A stretch of 36,789 nt of DNA from a virus (Duplodnaviria; Caudoviricetes). The stretch spans positions 1 through 36,789 of the IMG/VR virus record IMGVR_UViG_3300048881_000131. One strand, 5' to 3'. Positions 34,261-36,789 of the stretch are shown here, in pieces. The position numbers were made by a program, and so were the translations under genes. Every line of letters starts with the position of its first letter. Positions within the stretch are counted from its first letter, which is position 1. The notes beneath the pieces are model-generated. The model worked only from the letters and a program-made list of their open reading frames with translations. It did no database searches and was not told the origin of the DNA.

Positions 34261-34325
34261 TAAATAACCTTGCTATTGCTTAAATAAATAATTAATATAG
34301 TTAAACAAATCAAGGAGAGAGCGGT

Positions 34326-34520
34326 ATGGCTACAGTAAGGAGTCACACCAAATCATTTTGGCGGAAGGTTAAAGTTTGGATTGTATGTGCGCGAAACGGA
34401 CATGAGCCATTTAACATTGTTAATCGAATAACAATGCAGCCAGTCAAAGAAACGTATTGCAAGAAATGCTTTAAAAAAGTTAATAATCCAAGCTTTAATA
34501 GCTGTAGAAAAGGTAGGTAA
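34326..34520 (+). CDS. Hypothetical protein with Cys/His motif
   Basis: C...GH and CKKC; AAGGAG RBS; upstream 16-bp box at 34280-34295. Confidence 0.6.
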   Translation: MATVRSHTKSFWRKVKVWIVCARNGHEPFNIVNRITMQPVKETYCKKCFKKVNNPSFNSCRKGR

Positions 34521-34521
34521 T

Positions 34522-34653
34522 ATGGATTTAGTATTTATTTTTAACCAATTCAAAGGTTTAAATGGCTATGACTTACTATTGCTAGTATCGCTCTTTTTGA
34601 TGTGTTTGTATTACTTTTTTGGTGAGCTTAAATTAAGAGGGTTTAGAAAATGA
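34522..34653 (+). CDS. Small membrane protein (43 aa, not in ORF track)
   Basis: MDLVFIFNQFKGLNGYDLLLLVSLFLMCLYYFFG...; ATGA overlap. Confidence 0.5.
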   Translation: MDLVFIFNQFKGLNGYDLLLLVSLFLMCLYYFFGELKLRGFRK

Positions 34654-34832
34654 AAGACGCTATGCTTGTGTTTTGTATTGGGCTTCTAGTAATTATTAGT
34701 GCTGCCGGATGGGTTACGCATATTATTCACTGTATGCTTCAGGCTAAATACTTGCTTTTGATTGCCGGCGCATTTATCGCACCTGTTGGAGTTATTCACG
34801 GTGTTGGTATTTGGTTTGGCGTTAATTGGTAA
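34650..34832 (+). CDS. Small membrane protein
   Basis: GWVTHIIHC...LIAGAFIAPVGVIHGVGIWFG. Confidence 0.75.
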   Translation: MKDAMLVFCIGLLVIISAAGWVTHIIHCMLQAKYLLLIAGAFIAPVGVIHGVGIWFGVNW

Positions 34833-34939
34833 TTAGATTTCATAACCAGCGAGGTGATGTTATCTCGACAGGTGGTGGTATCCACTCCAGCCTTGCCGCT
34901 GTGAAGCGTGAAATGGCTATTTATTAAAGAGGAATAGCA

Positions 34940-35425
34940 ATGGCAAAGAAGAAGCGAAAGCAGTATGTCGCGCATGTACAAAAGGCTCGAAGCGCTAAGG
35001 CTGCGTTAAGGGATTTAGGTATTGGTTTTGTGGCCAGTGGCAACGGCTTAGAGTTAATCAATGTAGCAAAGAATCGTATCGAGGCTTGTGGGCCAAGCAT
35101 TGACGCAGCTATGAGTAAGATTCGCTATAAGTGGCAAATCTATATCGCTGCAATGGGTCGGAGTAAGTTGGGGCAGGCGTATATCAAGAGCGAGGTTGTT
35201 GATGTGCCTTGTGAGTACTTTAAACACGAACTTAGCTCTACGGTATCAAGCCTACACGATGAGCTATCAAAGCTTGTGCCGACTGATCAATTATCCAATC
35301 TAGGCTGGATAGCTTTACCGGTACCGCGAGAGATTAGCGAGAAAGAGTTAGGCGCGTTATTTGATACGATGGGCTGCTGGGAAAATCCAGCACCTTGGCA
35401 AGATGAGTTATTGAATGGACATTGA
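34940..35425 (+). CDS. Hypothetical protein
   Basis: Basic N-terminus, YKWQIYIAA.GR...GQ.Y.K, GWIALP; GAGG RBS. Confidence 0.75.
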   Translation: MAKKKRKQYVAHVQKARSAKAALRDLGIGFVASGNGLELINVAKNRIEACGPSIDAAMSKIRYKWQIYIAAMGRSKLGQAYIKSEVVDVPCEYFKHELSSTVSSLHDELSKLVPTDQLSNLGWIALPVPREISEKELGALFDTMGCWENPAPWQDELLNGH

Positions 35426-35747
35426 GCAGCTAATAAACGACTGGCGTAACTCAGTAGATGAGTATTCAAAAGCTAAGGCTGATACTGAATACCTGCGAGA
35501 GTTTAGGAAGTCTAAGAAGGCTATTCTCATCGGTCAAGCTGAGAAGGAAGGCCACAAAACAGGGCAGGAGCGCGAATCTTATGCTTATGCCCACCAAGAG
35601 TATGTCGAATTATTAGAAGCTCTTAGAATAGCTATTGAGAAGTCAGAGCAGCTAAGATGGCGAATGACCATAGCGCAAGAAAGAATAAACATTTGGCGCA
35701 CCAAGCAAGCCAATGGGCGAAAAGAACAAAGCCATTACGGCGCATAA
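35415..35747 (+). CDS. Conserved-looking helical phage protein
   Basis: YLREFRKSKKA.L, RESYAYAH.EY..LL, IWRT..AN.R. Confidence 0.75.
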   Translation: MDIEQLINDWRNSVDEYSKAKADTEYLREFRKSKKAILIGQAEKEGHKTGQERESYAYAHQEYVELLEALRIAIEKSEQLRWRMTIAQERINIWRTKQANGRKEQSHYGA

Positions 35748-35764
35748 CTAAAGAGGAAAATTAA

Positions 35765-36028
35765 ATGACAAATGAATATGTAAGCACAATGAAAACCAAT
35801 GAGAATGTCGAGTTTAAAGGCGTTACTTTATTGCAGAAAGAGGATGGTACCTATGCTGTCCCGGGTGGTGGCTATGTTGTTAAGCGTGGAGATGCTGAGC
35901 GAGCGGCTAAGGGGTTGTATAAGTCACACAAGGGTATTCAGTCGCCAATAAGCCAGTTAGCCGACAAGACAGTAGAGCGCCTTACTGCGGCAAGTCGTGA
36001 AGGTGTTGATTTGGTATTGGGGGTTTAG
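35765..36028 (+). CDS. Hypothetical protein
   Basis: GAGG RBS; YAVPGG motif. Confidence 0.65.
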   Translation: MTNEYVSTMKTNENVEFKGVTLLQKEDGTYAVPGGGYVVKRGDAERAAKGLYKSHKGIQSPISQLADKTVERLTAASREGVDLVLGV

Positions 36029-36030
36029 TT

Positions 36031-36204
36031 ATGGCTGGTAATACCTTTCTCACATCGCTGGTATTTATTGCACTATTACTGCTTATCATCAACGTATTTG
36101 ATTTTGATTATATTGGTGAAAAAATAGCTGGAGTTATTTTATTCTTATTGGCGCTGTCAATTACTAGCGCTGTAGTTTCTCTTATTGCTGTGATTTGGCA
36201 ATAA
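36031..36204 (+). CDS. Two-TM membrane protein (57 aa, not in ORF track)
   Basis: MAGNTFLTSLVFIALLLLII...VVSLIAVIWQ*; TAATG overlap with ninG. Confidence 0.6.
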   Translation: MAGNTFLTSLVFIALLLLIINVFDFDYIGEKIAGVILFLLALSITSAVVSLIAVIWQ

Positions 36205-36789
36205 TGGCTCGCAAATGTAAGTGCGGGTGTGGCATTGAGTTGCCGCCCGCCTCTAAATGCACTGACATTATCAGCAAGAAGCGATTTGCTAGTGTTGAGT
36301 GTCTTACTAAAGATACCAGGATCAAAGAGGCTGCAAAGGCTGAGAGGGCCATCAAGAAGCGCAACTCAGACCTAAGAAAAAAGGTTAAGGCTAACCCTAG
36401 AGCTAAAGCATTAGAAGCCGCTCAGTTGCTAGCTAGAATATCTAGCGCTGATGACAATGGTTATTGCACTTGCGTAACCTGCGGCCATGTTGGTAGGTTT
36501 AACGACGGTTTCGACGGTGGCCACTTTATAGCAAAGGGTAATTGCTCATTCTGGATGCTAGACCCGCGCAATATATGGCCCCAATGCAAATCCTGCAATG
36601 GCAATGGTATGAAGTTTGGCAACAAGGAAGCGGCCTATACTTTGTGGATGATTGAAAAGTTTGGGCGTGAGTTTGTCGACTATATGCTTGAAAATGAAAA
36701 GACAATAACAAAGCGAACAGCTAAGGATTATGAGGAATTTATAGAAAAGGCCAATAAAGAAATATTGACCCATAAATCAAGAGTAGGCA
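36204..36789 (+). CDS. ninG: NinG/Rap recombination endonuclease (runs across the junction; missed by the ORF track)
   Basis: MARKCKCGCG...CTCVTCG...DGGHFI..G...DPRNIWPQCKSCN. Confidence 0.88.
   Translation, partial: MARKCKCGCGIELPPASKCTDIISKKRFASVECLTKDTRIKEAAKAERAIKKRNSDLRKKVKANPRAKALEAAQLLARISSADDNGYCTCVTCGHVGRFNDGFDGGHFIAKGNCSFWMLDPRNIWPQCKSCNGNGMKFGNKEAAYTLWMIEKFGREFVDYMLENEKTITKRTAKDYEEFIEKANKEILTHKSRVG
36677..36789. repeat. Terminal direct repeat, right copy
   Basis: Identical to 1-113. Confidence 0.97.

Noticed and set aside
36182-36773. Minus-strand ORFs at the right end
   Set aside because: Shadows of plus-strand ninG, which the track missed because its stop lies across the junction
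36677-36789. 113-bp terminal repeat as a biological DTR or att site
   Set aside because: It falls in the middle of ninG, and the terminase/HNH set suggests cos packaging near 14.36 kb; it is best explained as assembler overlap
1-36789. tRNA genes or stop-codon reassignment
   Set aside because: No cloverleaf with a T-loop consensus found by eye; core genes are full length in the standard code and all three stops are used

Overview
Apparently complete ~36.7-kb circular genome of a tailed dsDNA phage with an HK97-type head and a long non-contractile tail. Bases 1-113 repeat bases 36677-36789 exactly, which is best read as an assembly overlap; the unit length is 36,676 bp and the NinG gene reads through the junction. 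The host is probably a gammaproteobacterium (inferred from the SSB, NinG/NinX, lambda-P-like, SutA-like and Rmf-like genes). The minus strand (24.4 kb to 0.15 kb) carries recombination genes (ERF, YqaJ exonuclease, SSB), an M15 endolysin, accessory genes, holin-like genes, a carbohydrate-binding/HNH block, a probable cos region, terminase, portal, protease, capsid, neck and tail genes. The tail genes include a lambda-type GGGAAAG -1 frameshift. The plus strand (24.5 kb to 36.8 kb) carries an HTH regulator, an Rmf-like ORF, two DNA methyltransferases, a replication initiator with iterons, a P-like loader, DnaB, an Rha protein and NinG. I recognised no integrase, partition genes, tRNA, CRISPR array or reverse transcriptase. 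The most unusual elements are: a promoter- and terminator-bounded structured non-coding RNA cassette at 27.05-27.3 kb; a pseudoknotted three-way-junction leader RNA at 14.9 kb; mimics of two host dormancy factors (Rmf and SutA); a LapG-like cysteine protease; and a 16-bp operator-like box repeated in dispersed promoters. All protein calls come from motif recognition by eye, not database searches.
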